64,000 bases of DNA from Psilocybe cubensis (Eukaryota), in NCBI GenBank assembly GCA_017499595.2, contig CM038999.1, positions 434,001-498,000 of the forward strand. The letters run 5' to 3'. Both the position numbers and the translations under genes were made by a program. Positions 14,144-28,441 of the stretch are shown here, in pieces; position 1 is the first letter of the stretch; each line of letters opens with the position of its first letter. The notes under the pieces are model-generated. The model worked only from the letters and a program-made list of their open reading frames with translations. It did not search any database and had not been told where the DNA came from.

Positions 14144-15246
14144 ATGAGCGTTCATCTCATTAGGCTAGATGATCGTGATCCTTCTATTATATATTCCAAT
14201 GCTACCTGGGCTTCAGCAGGAAACGGCTACGAGTATATGCGTACCACCTCCAGAAGTAACCGAGTCGGAGCGTATATGAGAATTCCTTTCAATGGTGGGT
14301 GTTCTACATTAGTTCATCCAAAGTTATTCAGACGCGTAATCTCAAGTTTATCGTACCGCTAAGGCACCAAAATCGCGATCTATGGAACCATTGACTCTTC
14401 CACCATCGGCACGCTCCCCCAGTCCCTCATCACCATCGATGATGCTCGGGGATTTATATTTCTAGCCGACCAAACTGCGGAGGTTCAGTACCAGCAAAAG
14501 TTCTGGGAGTCGGGCAATTTACCTCCTGGTCCCCACCTTCTCACCGTTAACATTATATCCGGCTCTTCCATGAAAGCTGCGTTCACCTTCGACTACGTCG
14601 AATATTATCCAGTTGACTTAAACTCGAACTTGACATCCGCTTCTACCTCGTCATCGACCTCTACATCTACCCCCTCTAGTGTCTCATCAACGTCGAACGC
14701 ATCCGGCTCAGGTCATAAAAAATCCTCAACACCTGTGATAGTGGGTGCAATAGTTGGCGTTGTTGCTTTACTTTCTATAGTAATTGGAGTGATGTTTTGG
14801 GTAAGAAGGAGACGTATGAGGGGTATGAATACTATTCCAAGTGGTAGGTGTTCATCTTCACCAAAATGAATCCGTTGTAATTGAAATACTGATTTTTAGC
14901 TTTTGGACGACGATCGCCGTCACATAACGAAAGAAGCATTACACCTTTCATTACGCACAGCCGGAATCCCTCAAATGCCTTCACGTCCTCCAACCACGAT
15001 CTTAATAATTCTAGCTCGATGTCAGAGTACCTCTCTTCTAGAGCTGCTGCCCAAACGCCTTCAATACGAAATGGCGTCTCATCCAGTCAAAAATCTTCCT
15101 CTGGTGGTGCTTCCAGCAGTCAACAAACTACCGGCCAGGTAAACAATACTCCTCTGAGCCCTGGAGAGGAACGACGTAACCCGCCTCCTCGCTACGAGTC
15201 GTACAGATTCCCTAGAGCTCCGCCGGCCCAAACAACGAACTCATAA
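14144..15246 (+). CDS. Single-pass membrane protein: beta-rich ectodomain, Ser/Thr stalk, TM helix, PPxY tail
   Basis: LDDRDPSIIY N-terminus, FDYVEY, S/T-rich linker, IVGAIVGVVALLSIVIGVMFWV followed by RRRR, C-terminal PPRY; two introns. Confidence 0.75.
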
Positions 15247-16306
15247 AATATTGCCTTTCAAAATCCCCATACTAGCAATGGATAACAGGGGACTATTACG
15301 GACGGATTTCAAAATCTTTGGTGTGATACGCCTTCAATGTACGGCATACATATATAGGTCCGGTTATATATTCATTACCTAAATTCATTCGATATAATAT
15401 CTTATTTAAGCGCCCAAATGCTTGATGTAATACATCAGTACTTGAATGGCATACCAACTCAAACTAGCATTTGTGAATGTTCTACAGACCCACCAAGGCT
15501 AGAAAAAATAAGTAGTAGTAGGAGAATGGCTGCGAATATACATCTCTTTCAAAAAGTCAATCTCAACTGTTATTGCCGGCGTCTAAAATTAGAACCCGCT
15601 ATCGAATGCACATCTGGATTCTGTGCAAGAAAATTGTCTCAAATTGCTCAGTGTGCTTCTGTACTGCCATCAAGGTTGTTGACATCGATAGAGTCATGCT
15701 ATTTCATCCTTAGAACCAAGTTAAATGAGTACGTCCCGATCCCGGGTACTCAATTCCATCAATGCACCTGCAAAAAAGAATTTGCATGCAGCGAGGCGTA
15801 GAGAAAATCGAGTCAACATGCACTCTTGAATAGCCGGTCTAACTCATGGTGTGGCCATTGGAACGCCGATGTCAATGGATGTGTATTCACTGCAATTAGA
15901 CTCCCACAGCATGACATGGACAGCCTGGCATTGCCAAATTGCAGTAAATCTGTCTAGACTTTTATTACATCGCAACAAGCAAAAGATATGCCTACGATTT
16001 ATGAGTCATTGTTTGTCGTGGACTCACCCCTTGGTCTCTTACAGTTTTGCTTGTTTAAATGTGTGATGAGTTGCCGCTTGTGCCACTGAGATGCCGGAGC
16101 ATGCCGAGCGCCGACCACGGACATTTGATCTGTCGGAGAATGAAGATATGAGACCACTGCGGAGCACAAGGCTGCTTACCCTTTTCCACGACATAGCTTA
16201 ACAACAACAACACTAGTTTCTTATAACCCTTCGTGAGCCCACATCTCAATCCCGAAAGCCTTTATACTCAGTTCTGCTTTAGAACACCAGAACCTTCAAG
16301 TTTCCA

Positions 16307-17189
16307 ATGCGATTTTCCACCCTTGCAGCATTTGTGGCTGCTGCTGGAGTAGGTGTGTGTCACTAATGAGCAATACTAATTACAAAGGAAACTGACACTT
16401 TCTCTTATGTAGCCCAGGTTGCTGCTGTCCCTATTCGAGTTGTTATAATATCGAAAACCACTGAAGCGAACCTCGATGCGCCTCATGCCTTCCCACATCC
16501 CGTCCCAATCCCTCCTAATGTAGCTACCATGGTCGCCAGGCCCGGAATGCGCCATGGTTGTGGTGGAGGACGAATGGGTCGCTTCCGCCAGAAGGGCATC
16601 GAGATCTCAAATGCCTTCAGACAAGCCCTAGGAATGCCTCTCATTGAGATGTCTACCCCCCCTCATCACCCTCAAATCAAGCCAGGGGACTCACCAACCT
16701 CTGTCGGCATGCTTCAAGTGCTGCCGAACCCTATTCTCGGATCCTCTGAGGTTCCTGCTCCCCATAGATACCACCACCCTCATCACCACGTCCATGGGCA
16801 GATGAGGATTCACGGATCCTCTTTCTCCGACCGTCTTGTCCACTCTTTGATGAACCTTGGCCGCTGGGAGGGCCGAGCCGTAGCATTCGTTCTTGGTGAG
16901 TGATATCTAACCTTTTGTGGCGTTGATGTTGGGATCCTAAGTGTCTACCCCAGGTTGCGGCATCGGTGTTCTCCTTAGGATGTTCTGGGTTCTCGCCGTC
17001 GTTCTGTACCGTTCCGTCAAAGGTTCCAATGATGACGAACACGAGTACTCGCATATCACTGTCATCGAGGAGTTCGACGAGGATGCCATCATGAGATCTG
17101 CCCCTCCCACTTACACCTACCCCGTCGATGAGAAGATTGCCATAGAGAACGATGCACCCAAAGTTGCTAGTGTCGACGAATCGAAGTAA
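16307..17189 (+). CDS. Signal-peptide, single-TM protein of unknown function
   Basis: MRFSTLAAFVAAAGV signal peptide, His-rich linker, WEGRAVAFVLGCGIGVLLRMFWVLAVV hydrophobic segment, PPTY tail; two GT-AG introns. Confidence 0.75.
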
Positions 17190-18032
17190 ACCCATTGCCC
17201 GCCCCCATTTTGCCACCATTATCACCACGGACTTTCTGATATAAACTGTCGCTCATTATTTTATTGAAAATCTAAGAAAACCCAAACCAGCCGGTGTAGT
17301 TTCAGTTTGCTTGTAAATAATAGGATTAGGCTAATCTGATTAGTTCAATCCGAGCCATCTGCCGCACGATTGCTGGCGTTTCGACGTGAGGTGTCTAAGA
17401 ATAGGTTTTCAGACATTTGGTCTGACTCCTTTGCTTGTAAGTCGTTATAGCGTTGCGCATCCCGTCTTAGCACGACTTCTACTTGATTCAGGATTCCTTT
17501 TATGCCAGCTTAATCTCCATTTGAATCTTTGTCACCATCAATGTCATCCAACAACCCCATCTCAGATCTTTAAACAATGTTTACGGAGAAAAGTCTTTCC
17601 CTGTTAGTTGAATCCTAATAAACCTGGATGTCACATCAACCAGGTCATGCCATTGTGGGCGCCACACTACCAATGTACCAGTCGAATGCTCAAACGACTG
17701 TGCCACTTGTGGTCCCCCCATCACGATTACGTCATCAATATGACGAATAAACCGCTTGAGGCAAAGGCGCTCTCCTACACGCAGCAATTAATTGGTTGAC
17801 CACAATGTGTGTATAAAGGTATGCTTTGCAATGAAGATATATTGTTCATTGTGAAATGACAGTGCTACTAGACCGTTTGAAAGTACATCATAATCTTACA
17901 ACAACCTTCCGGTTCCATTGCACAAATTAAACATTGCTTGTTGTCTCTTTGGCGAAAATATGGCAATTGATACATAAACCTGACCTGTTTCTGGTTCATG
18001 CGGTCCAAACTATCTTCAACTAGTCACGTCTG

Positions 18033-18569
18033 TCAGTGCTGATCTCCAGGCGGGCCCTTATAATAGTATCCCGCCGAGCTGGGGTGGTAGTTCCCTTGAC
18101 CGTATTGCGGCGGATAACCGTTTGGATCATACGGATTTGGTTGGGGATGATGGTATTCTGGAGAATGTTGTGATGGTTGAGGTGGATAGCGTTGTGGTGG
18201 ATCATGCTGGGGTGGATAGTGTTGTGGCGGGTAACCGTTTGAACTCCCGTACTGACTTGGTTGAGGATGATAGTAATTTGGATGAGTAATTGGCTGTCCG
18301 TTGACATACTGTCTCCCCGGCGGGTGAGTGTAGACGTTGCACGGCTGTCCGGGAGGGTGAGCCTGTCCTGGTAGTATTTTGCATGTGTTTTGTCCCATGG
18401 CGGGTAGTCTAGGTGGATATTGGGGATATACTGCGGGAGGTATGGCACCTCCGGACTGAGTCTGTGGGATTTTAAATCAATTAACAAGAACTGAGTTAAT
18501 TTTTGAATAGCGTACAGGGCCTGCGGGAGGCGGTTTTCGATCGTTGTCGGTCGGTGTAGTGGCAGACAT
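18033..18569 (-). CDS. Small Pro/Gln/Tyr-rich low-complexity protein
   Basis: ATG at 18569 (MSATTPTDNDRKPPPAGP) splices in frame through one GT-AG intron into ORF 18033..18398; PPQ repeats. Confidence 0.55.
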
Positions 18570-19559
18570 GCTAGGAAAGAGTATGGATTTTGGTCGACTG
18601 GATCTGTGCATTCATATACCTACGTGATGGTCCTGCGGAATGGCAGTGCATACTGTGATCTATTCGGAATATGCCACCCCTTTCAAGATCCTCATAGCCC
18701 ACAAATCCAGTTGACTGGTCCCGTACACAAGTTTAATTCATTGTCATGTCATCCGTAGATCAATGGGTAAGGTTAACGGTGGGCATGAACCTAGGAGGGA
18801 AACATTGTTGACAGTATAGTTTCCAAGTATGATTGCCTGACGAATGATATAAAGCCAATAGCCCATGAGTAATCCGAAATGCACAGGATTATTCCAGGGT
18901 AGTGGCAGTACTTTTGGACTCAATGGCTCTGCAATGCTAGGATCCCGCTCTAGTTAGTCTACAAATATATCCAAAAATTAGACTCAAAGCAGATTTACTG
19001 AGAAGCAGTTTAAAGTATTCGAAAAAATTGACACAGAGGCGATTTTCCAACAAGATCTTTGAGGATTCGAGCAGGCCTTGATACCAAAATCTGAGAAGTT
19101 CCCTGAGCGATTACGATTAGCCCTAGCATCCTAGCTCAAAGTTGATTCAGAGGTGTCAGATTAAGCTGACTTCGGATAACGAGAGAGACAGAAGGATATA
19201 AAGACGCAGAACGCTGAAGCAACATTTCAGAACTTTGATGCGTATATAGACGGGATCTGGTGAATCAAGAGTGAATGCAGAATGTAGGCCTTTCAAAACC
19301 TCAAAGTTGAAGCAGCAAAAAAAACTCACACGCTGACCCTTATAAGCCATACATGGCAGTTATATCCATTTTGGGACTCTGTGAACTTTCAAATCTAATA
19401 TGCGTCAATAAACGGAGGTCCATCGTTCAAAGCCCAAGTTTTGTTCAAACTCATAGTCCAAGTTCAAGCTTCCGATTGACATAGAGCACTGTTGAGCTCG
19501 ACGCTCCATTCCCTTTATTAATTGTTACCATCTTCGCTGATTTGTAACGATATTCGACG

Positions 19560-22500
19560 ATGCATTTGTACAATTTGACCCTACAACCGCCAACAGCGAC
19601 TACGTGCGCAATTGTTGGTAATTTCTCTGGAGCGCGACAACAGGAGATTATAGTTTCGCATGGGACTCGACTGGCACTTCTTCGACCTGATGCGCAGACA
19701 GGAAAAGCTTCACTCGTCATCGCGACAGACGTGTTTGGGTCCATTCGTTCTTTGGCCGCATTTCGTTTGACTGGAGGGACTAAGGGTGAGCTTTTGTACG
19801 TATTTTATTCCTTTCATTGCACTCATGGATGCACTGTTCCTTAGACTACGCAATAGTTGGATCAGACTCTGGTCGTATCGTCATTCTTGACTACGACCCT
19901 AAAACGAGCAGCTTTGTCAAGCTACACCAAGAAACATACGGCAAATCGGGTGCTAGACGCATCGTACCTGGTCAATACCTCGCGACAGATCCAAAAGGAC
20001 GAAGCGTCATGATTGCTGCTATGGAGAAAGCCAAACTTGTATACATTCTCAACAGAGACGCGGCTGCCAACCTCACTATTTCGTCGCCACTCGAAGCCCA
20101 CAAAAACTCCGCCATCATTCACCATATTGTTGGCCTCGATGTTGGATTTGAGAACCCGATGTTTGCAGCTCTGGAGGTGGACTACACTGAGTCAGACCAG
20201 GATCCAACTGGAGAGGCTTTCAATAACGCGGAAAAGGTGCGTCTGTATTTAGTCATTCGCGTCCCCAGACTCATATGGCCCCGTCTCCCAGATGCTTACC
20301 TATTATGAGCTTGATCTTGGCCTGAATCACGTCGTTCGAAAGTGGAGTGAACCCACAGATCCTCGCGCCAACCTGCTTGTGCAGGTTCCCGGTGGTCAGC
20401 TCGCGTCTTCTGACAGATTCGACGGTCCCTCCGGCGTGCTTGTGTGCTGTGAAGACCACATTATATACCGTCATTCCGATGTTCCTCAGCATCGAGTCCC
20501 CATTCCACGACGCCGGAATCCTTTAGAGGACCCAAATAGAGGCCTTATTATTGTAGCTGCTGTCATGCATAAGATGAAGGTATGTGTACGTCATTTTTTC
20601 CAAGGAATTAACTGATAAGGATTTCAGGGTGCATTCTTTTTCTTGCTGCAAAGTGAGGACGGCGATCTGTACAAGGTTACCATCGAACACGAGGAAGAGG
20701 AAGTGAAAGCTTTAAAAATCAAGTATTTTGATACTGTGCCTGTTGCATCAAGTTTGTGTATTCTCAAGTCCGGTTTTCTTTTTGTTGCGAGTGAATTTGG
20801 AAACCAGTGAGTCTCCGACGCGAATCTTACCATATATCTTGAACTGAGCATTGCGTTTAGCTTCTTGTACCAATTCCAAAAGTTAGGCGACGATGACAAT
20901 GAACCTGAATTTAGTTCTACTTCTTATCCATCTTTTGGTATGGCTGACTCAAGCACTCCCTTGCCTCAGGCATTCTTCCGCCCGCGACACTTAGAGAACT
21001 TGGCCATTGCTGACGAGATCGAATCTCTGGACCCAATAATCGATTCCAAAGTCCTGAACCTCCTTCCTAATTCTGATACCCCTCAAATTTTCGCCGCATG
21101 CGGCCGCGGTCCTAAAAGTACATTCCGGACGCTCCGACACGGTCTTGAAGTGGAGGAGTCTGTGAGCTCAGATCTTCCTGGTATCCCTAATGCCGTCTGG
21201 ACAACAAAAAAGACAGAAGATGGTACGCGTTTCATTACTCTTGTCCTTTTGTTATCATGATATTGAGATAAACTCTAATGTAGACCCATATGACTCCTAT
21301 ATTATTCTTTCTTTTGTCAATGGTACCCTTGTACTCTCAATCGGAGAGACCATCGAAGAAGTGCAAGACACTGGATTCCTCTCGGCCGCCCCAACGCTCG
21401 CCGTGCAGCAGATCGGAGCAGATGCGCTTCTCCAGGTACACCCACACGGTATACGACACGTCCTTTCCGACCGGCGCGTCAACGAATGGCGAGTACCACA
21501 GGGCAAGACCATTGTCTGTGCCACAACCAATAAGCGACAAGTCGTGGTTGCACTGAGCTCGGCCGAGCTGGTCTACTTTGAACTGGACCTTGACGGACAG
21601 TTGAACGAGTACCAGGATCGGAAGGCTATGGGTAGTACCGTTCTTGCTCTCAGCATAGGAGATGTCCCGGAAGGGCGACAGCGGACGCCCTACCTCGTGC
21701 GTTTTCTTTTGACCTATCAAGCTCGTTATTGAGTCTGATTGTTCGTGTTTTTAGGCAGTGGGATGTGAAGATCAGACCGTCCGTATTATATCGTTGGACC
21801 CTGAGACAACGTTGGAAACTATCAGTTTGCAAGCGTTGACCGCTCCACCCTCCGCTATTTGCATTGCAGACATGCTGGATGCTAGTATCAACAAAGCACA
21901 ACCAACCATGTTCGTGAACATTGGTTTGCAAAATGGCGTTCTTTTGCGAACTGTTTTGGATCCTATCAACGGCCAGCTTACAGATACACGGACTCGGTGC
22001 GTCAAATACGTGACTATACACATTTTCAAGGAAAACAAACTTACATGCATGCCATTCTCTTAGATTCTTGGGCACGCGCCCTGTAAAACTCGTCCGTGTA
22101 CAGATACACAAAAACCCTGCCATCCTTGCTCTTTCATCACGTTCGTGGTTGAACTACACACATCAGAATTTGATGCACTTTACCCCTCTTATTTATGATA
22201 ACCTCGATTATGCCTGGAGTTTCTCGGCTGAGTTAAGCCCTGAAGGTCTTATTGGCATTGCTGGGAGCGTTCTTCGGTGGGTTTTATTTGTCTTAGGTTC
22301 AAATTATGATTAATTCTATTCGTACATTCCACCAGCATCTTCCAAGTACCGAAACTTGGCATGAAACTGAAACAAGATTCCATTCCTCTCTCCTACACCC
22401 CGCGCAAATTCATCACCCATCCCGAAAACAGTTACTTCTATATGATTGAGGGCGACCACCGCGTTCTGAGTGAAGATGCAACGCAAAAGAAGTTACAAGA

Positions 22501-23836
22501 ACTGGTAAATTAAAATCACTATTTTGTGATGTCTTCAATGTATAACTTTATTCTCTCCAGCGCCAGCAAGGCAAGCGGATCGACGAGGAAGTCGTCAACC
22601 TCCCTCCAGATCTTTTCGGGCGTCCCAAAGCGCCGGCAGGGACATGGGGCTCATGCATCCGTATCATTGACCCCGTCGAGGGCAAGACAGTCAATGTTAT
22701 CAATTTGGAAGATAACGAAGCGGCGTTTTCGCTGGCGATAGTACCGTTCGCGGCGAGGGGTGGTGAATTACACTTGGTCGTCGGCACGGCCGCTGATACC
22801 CTTATTGCTCCGAGGTCGTGTTCGAGTGGATACCTGCGGACTTATAAGTTTACAGATAATGGCACAGGTTTAGAGTTGCAGCATAAAGTGCGTTTACAAT
22901 GTTTGAGAGATTCAGTGGATTTGAAGCTGACGCCCGGTTACAGACTGAAGTTGACGACGTTCCTTTAGCATTACTGGCTTTCCAAGGTCGGCTAGCTGCT
23001 GGTGTTGGAAAGGCTCTAAGAATTTACGATATTGGTAAAAAGAAACTTCTCCGGAAGGTTGAAAATAAGGTATTCTTTTTTACTAAGAAATCTCCTCTGG
23101 TAATTTATTAATCACGACCGTGCAGACTTTTACTACCGCCATCGTGTCCCTCGCCACACAAGGATCTCGCATTATTGTTGGCGATATGCAAGAATCCATT
23201 CAGTTTGCGGTGTACAAGGCCCCGGAAAACCGCCTGCTCACTTTCGCAGACGACACCCAACCACGATGGGTATCCGCCATGACCATGGTCGACTACAACA
23301 CTGTCGTTGCCGGTGACCGCTTTGGCAATGTCTTCGTCAACCGCCTCGATCCCAAAGTCTCTGATCAAGTTGATGACGACCCCACAGGCGCGGGCATCCT
23401 CCACGAAAAGGGCATTCTCATGGGTGCACCCCACAAGACGAAGATGCTGGCCCATTTCCATGTCGGCGACCTCATCACGTCGATCCACAAAGTGTCGCTG
23501 GTGGCTGGAGGACGCGAAGTGCTGCTGTACACGGGTCTTCATGGTACGATAGGTATACTCGTGCCGTTCGTGTCGAAAGAAGATGTCGACTTTATTTCAA
23601 CGCTGGAGCAGCATATGCGGACTGAGCAGGGTCAGGCGAGCTTGGTGGGTCGTGACCAGCTTAGCTGGAGAGGATACTACGTTCCTGTGAAGGCTGTAGT
23701 CGACGGCGACCTTTGCGAGACATACGCCCGACTTCCTGGCACAAAACAACAGGCCATTGCTGGAGAGTTGGATAGGACTGTAGGAGAAGTGCTGAAAAAG
23801 CTAGAGCAGCTGAGAGTGACAGCGAGCGGATTTTAA
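19560..23836 (+). CDS. RSE1: Pre-mRNA splicing factor Rse1/SF3B3
   Basis: [13 protein letters not shown]-terminus, [39 protein letters not shown]-terminal [11 protein letters not shown]...[14 protein letters not shown]. Confidence 0.96.
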
Positions 23837-24108
23837 AATTTTGTTTAATGTTGTATCAGTATGCTATAGTAGCTTTTCCTTTCTTGCTTTGTCGTTTTTT
23901 TTTTCATGGATCTGTGTTCTCTTTTTACCTCCGAACTGGTATGTAACGCCGCCTGCTTAACTTTTTCTGCTCATCTGGGTCATGGCGAGATGATATGTCA
24001 ATTAGTCGATACAAAAGGACAATGAGTATAGTGCTTGGAAATCCTGATGTGAGTAAGTGAGCGATGTTGTTGATACAAATCCAAATTGAAAACAATAGAA
24101 GAAATAAA

Positions 24109-27100
24109 TTAATAATCGTCAGCCGCCGCAAAAGCAGATTTCTTTTTGCTTCCTCCTCGTCCTCTTCTGCCTCTAGTCGAAGAACCACCACGACCACGTT
24201 TAGAACCTCGCTTAGATCCGCTGGAGCTACCACCAGAGGGACAATCTTCACCATTTGTCAGCGATAGCACTGTATATTTTTGCATAGAATCAACGTACGT
24301 GTACTCCAATGACCAGCGCTACCACATTTATAACACTCGTTTCCGGATGAATCCTGTCCACTAAACTGAGCTTTAGACCCACCGCCGATGGACCCATCAT
24401 TCGGACAAGCTGCGGATAGAGCACAAATATTTGATCAAGATACTGCGACTCAGAAGGCTTTTGCACTTACATGTGCTGTAATGGCCTGGCTTCTGACACT
24501 TGAAGCATGTCGCGCTGGAAGATTTGTTGTAGGAGCTGTTGCCGAAGCTCTTTGACCGCGAGTTGCTTGAACTGTCGCTGTTTGGACAGGCTGGTGTAAC
24601 GAGTAATAAGGATTATTAGATTGGACGATTCTGAAATGGGAAAGACACTGACAAGTTGCCCAGTGGCCGGTTTGGTTGCACTTAAAGGTGATGTGGTAAG
24701 TTCAGGCATAAACCAAACCAAAAAATGAACGTGCCCACCTTGAAACAGATGTCCCCAAAACCTGCAAGGTTTTTGTCGTTTGAATTAGACCCAATGTGTC
24801 TGGCTCGTTTGCTATCGGATCCGTCTACATTGGGACATACTTTAAGATTGAATGATCAGAAAACAATACAAATATCTGCGTTAGATAAGTACGAACAATT
24901 AGCCCAATGACCCGTTAGATTACACTGAGAACCACTACAGTTAGAAAGTTCAAATTCACATAAGCAAGAATAGGGCGAACCTTATAACACACATCCGTTG
25001 TACTTGCTTTACTCGTGTTCAAAGACGACGTTCTCGAGGGCATAGTCCCACCATTCGAACCAAATGTCCCAACTTTCGGTGGTTTGTCGTCCCACTCAAA
25101 ATAATCGCATGGTGCTTCTTTCCTCTGACATTTCCAAAACTTGCGGCCTTTGTTTTCATTTTCCTTTTGTACCGTTAGAATGATCGCATCCTCTCCACAC
25201 GCACACTGACGCGGCAGGCCTTCACTGGTCGACGCGTCTCTCGTCTACACATTACCAGTGAATTGTAGTCAATGTCGGAATTATTAATTACTGACCTTGG
25301 AATATGTTCGCTTTTGAGGTATACCCGAACTGCTGCTACTGCTGCCACTAGCTCCAGGGACATCGTCTGCCCACTGGAAAAATCCACATCCATTCTGAGA
25401 GCAGGTCCAATATTGCCTTCCTTTGGAAGCGGTTTCACGGACTACGGTCTTCTGGACAGCTGGTATATTGCATTCGCACTGGGGTCCGTCGCCGGCTGAT
25501 GACCTCGAGATTGGTTGTACAGCAGGAGCAGGGGTGATAGTGGTTGCGGACCACGAAGATGTTATGTGAAGTGGAGCGCTCTGCCGAGAACTCGACGCAA
25601 CGGCGGTAGAAGAACTAGGTGCAGCTTGCGCTTTTGTTGACCTGGGTTTTGGCACAGCTCTAGATGGGGCAGATCCGAAACCGTCGTCTGTTTGTCGTGT
25701 AACAAAATTTCAGCATAAGCTAAAAAGTGTATACCGTGGTACAAATTGCAAACACGCACCGTCATCGTCAGTGTCGTCAATGCAAATCATATTGCCAGAG
25801 TTTGGCGCCCCGCCTCTTCCGCGGCCCCGTCCTGCGCCATTGCTTCCGCGTGCAGCGCGAGTTGAAGGTTGACCCCTGCCACTACCACGCGCAGCCCCGT
25901 TGCCACCTCTACCACCTCTGCCACTTCCGCCACCACCACCACCACCGCCGCCGCCACCACCACCACCCCCTCGACCGCCACCTCCGTCACCCCCATGCCC
26001 GCCAGGACCATTTCTTCCACCTTCCCCATTCTCAGCCCCACCTTGACCAGCAAGATACTGCAATACACTCTAATATAGAAAAATAATCCAAAGAAGAACC
26101 GCGTCAAAAGCGTGCATTTGAAGGAAAAAAGAAGACTAACATCAGACACTTTAGCAAACTCTCTCCGCACGATGATGAACATTTCCTTGTACTGGTCGAG
26201 GCTGTGTGTTAGCATGTCATTTTTGGTAGTCGTTCCTTCGCAGACTTGAACCATCCTACGTTCAGTCTGGGAGATGGAAATGAAAAGCCCATTGTGTAAG
26301 CATAAAAAGAATCTGAAAGAAGTTTGATGTTGTGCTGACCTCACGACGCATTTGTGGTTTGCTGACGCTCTTTGTCAGGCCGATTAAATTGTAGCCTTCC
26401 ACTAGCCCTATTCCGAGTGTCGAGGGAACGAGATACTTAACTGCGCCCTCAAACCGTTCAATGACGTAGTTTCGTTTGACAATGGTTTCGATGTGTTGAG
26501 CAATTGTCGCGTCCGTGCCTCATAAATTAGAAGGTAAGCACGGAGCCGGACAGCGGGCAGGAGATGAATGAAAACTAACCGATGCCATTCTTATCCATGA
26601 GCGTAACCAAATCTGCTTCCGTCAAATAATTCGGCCTTGTCGTTTCCCCCTGCCTGATCTCACATACTGTAGGCTGGAATTCTTCTCCCTCCCTAAAATC
26701 AGGCACATGGTGTCCAGTCCACTTATCATATACATAGACTTCCAGATAGTTTCGCTCTTTTACGACCAGGCCCGTGGCAGAGAAGTCCTCCCCACCACAA
26801 GTGACCTCCACTGTTGTTTGCCATCCCTCGGCATCCTTGGAGCAGCAAGCAAGGTATCGTCTGGTTATGTACTCATAAACGCGTTTTTCGTCCCCGGTTA
26901 GGTTGGCGGCATGCGCAGTAGGGTGAATTGGAGGGTGTGCTTTGTCGTTGTTCTTCCCTCGCCGTGGCGAGCTATATCCGCCTTGAGTCAGTCTTTGGTA
27001 ATGCTATCAGAAAAGTGCAGCCATTGATAAGAGAGAAATTTTATACGCTGTGGCAAATTGTCCCCATGTAGGGTCCACTGTTTGCTTGTTAATCAACGAC

Positions 27101-28286
27101 ATATGGTCGAACTGTGGATCGAATTCGTCTGTCTCTGTTCTTGGATACGACACGAAACCAGAGGTGTACAGAGCCTCGGCGACATCCAACACCTTCTTTG
27201 GAGCCAGGCGAAGCAGTCGGGAGCCGGCTTTCTGCAGCTCAACAGTGGTGAGAGGAAGAGGTTTCCATTTCTTCGTCGTCTTGTTCGTCACTTTGGTAAC
27301 AACGGCGGGCGAGTTGCCCATCATCGCGAAAAGCGCTGCGACAACAGCCTCTTCGAAAAGGTGGTTCCGCTTCCACGTGAATTTAGTTTCTTCTTCACTC
27401 CCTGGTCGTGAAAGGGACAGGTATATGTACCAGAACATTTCGGGGCGAAAGTTCTTGACGAGTTGGTATCGTTGTACCACGAATCCGAGAGTAGGGAATT
27501 GGCAAGGTCCTAAATATAGTTTGGCAAACAGAACACGAGCAAAGTGGGTATGTAGCACCCACCATATGAGACTACGCTCTTTTCTGCCTCAATCTGAGGA
27601 ACGCGTCCTTGCAAGATTAATGTCTGTAGTCTGGTAAACGCCGCTCCAACCTTCAAATCCAGCATTATTCGAGCCTCCACTGCATCCGCTTGACGTCTAT
27701 CCAACTCGACTGGGTTTTGTGCAGCATTGTGTATCTGTCTGATTTTAAAACGGTTAAAAGTCTTGCACATATCTATAGGGTGACTTACTGTGCAATGATA
27801 GCACTGAATCTTGCCCGCTTTACGCGAATTCCAGGCTTTACTTGTCGACAAACACGGGCAATCTCCATGCCAATATGCTCTCCTTCTCGATCGCAATCCG
27901 TCCATATCATGAGTACGTCTGACCGTCGTGCTTCAGATTGAAGATTACGCTCTATGTCCTTCTTATCTGACGCGACCTGAGTTTCTACTGGCGCGTCGAA
28001 TAGTTCGAACGGATCACACGAATGCCATTGCCGGTGAGTGGCGGGGAAGTCGTTGGATGTTAAGTGACCTATCACTGCTGTAACAGTAAAAAATGCTCTT
28101 GCAGGCTGGTAGTCAAAGTCATAATTCTTGATAAATCTAGAATTCGTATTCCTCTTTCCAAAACTCGTCAACTGGTGTCGAATTAAAACTTGATGTGATA
28201 CTCACAGTCTCGTATTGGCCGCCGGACAATATTTGAGTGATCGCCTTCGAAATTGAGGGTTTTTCGGCGACGCATAGTACCCTCAT
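24109..28286 (-). CDS. TOP3: DNA topoisomerase III (type IA) with Gly-rich linker, GRF-type Zn fingers and CCHC knuckles
   Basis: MRVLCVAEKPS, WTDCDREGE (TOPRIM), GPCQFPTLGF, SYPRTET active-site Tyr, LMDKNGIGTDAT, C-terminal CxC...GRQYWTC...CGFFQW. Confidence 0.95.
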
Positions 28287-28441
28287 GCTATTAAATTTGT
28301 AACTGAGTGTTAAAATGTAGCAAAAGCATAGAAATTAGCACTTTAGAATGTTAAAGGAATAAAAGGCCAATCAACGAATCATTAACGCGTTTTGAGTCAT
28401 GTGATCAGTCACGAGACCGAGACTCGCGATTTCGAAATTTA

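Noticed and set aside
17581-17799. Short protein-like ORFs on both strands
   Set aside because: No start or splice context and no recognisable domain.
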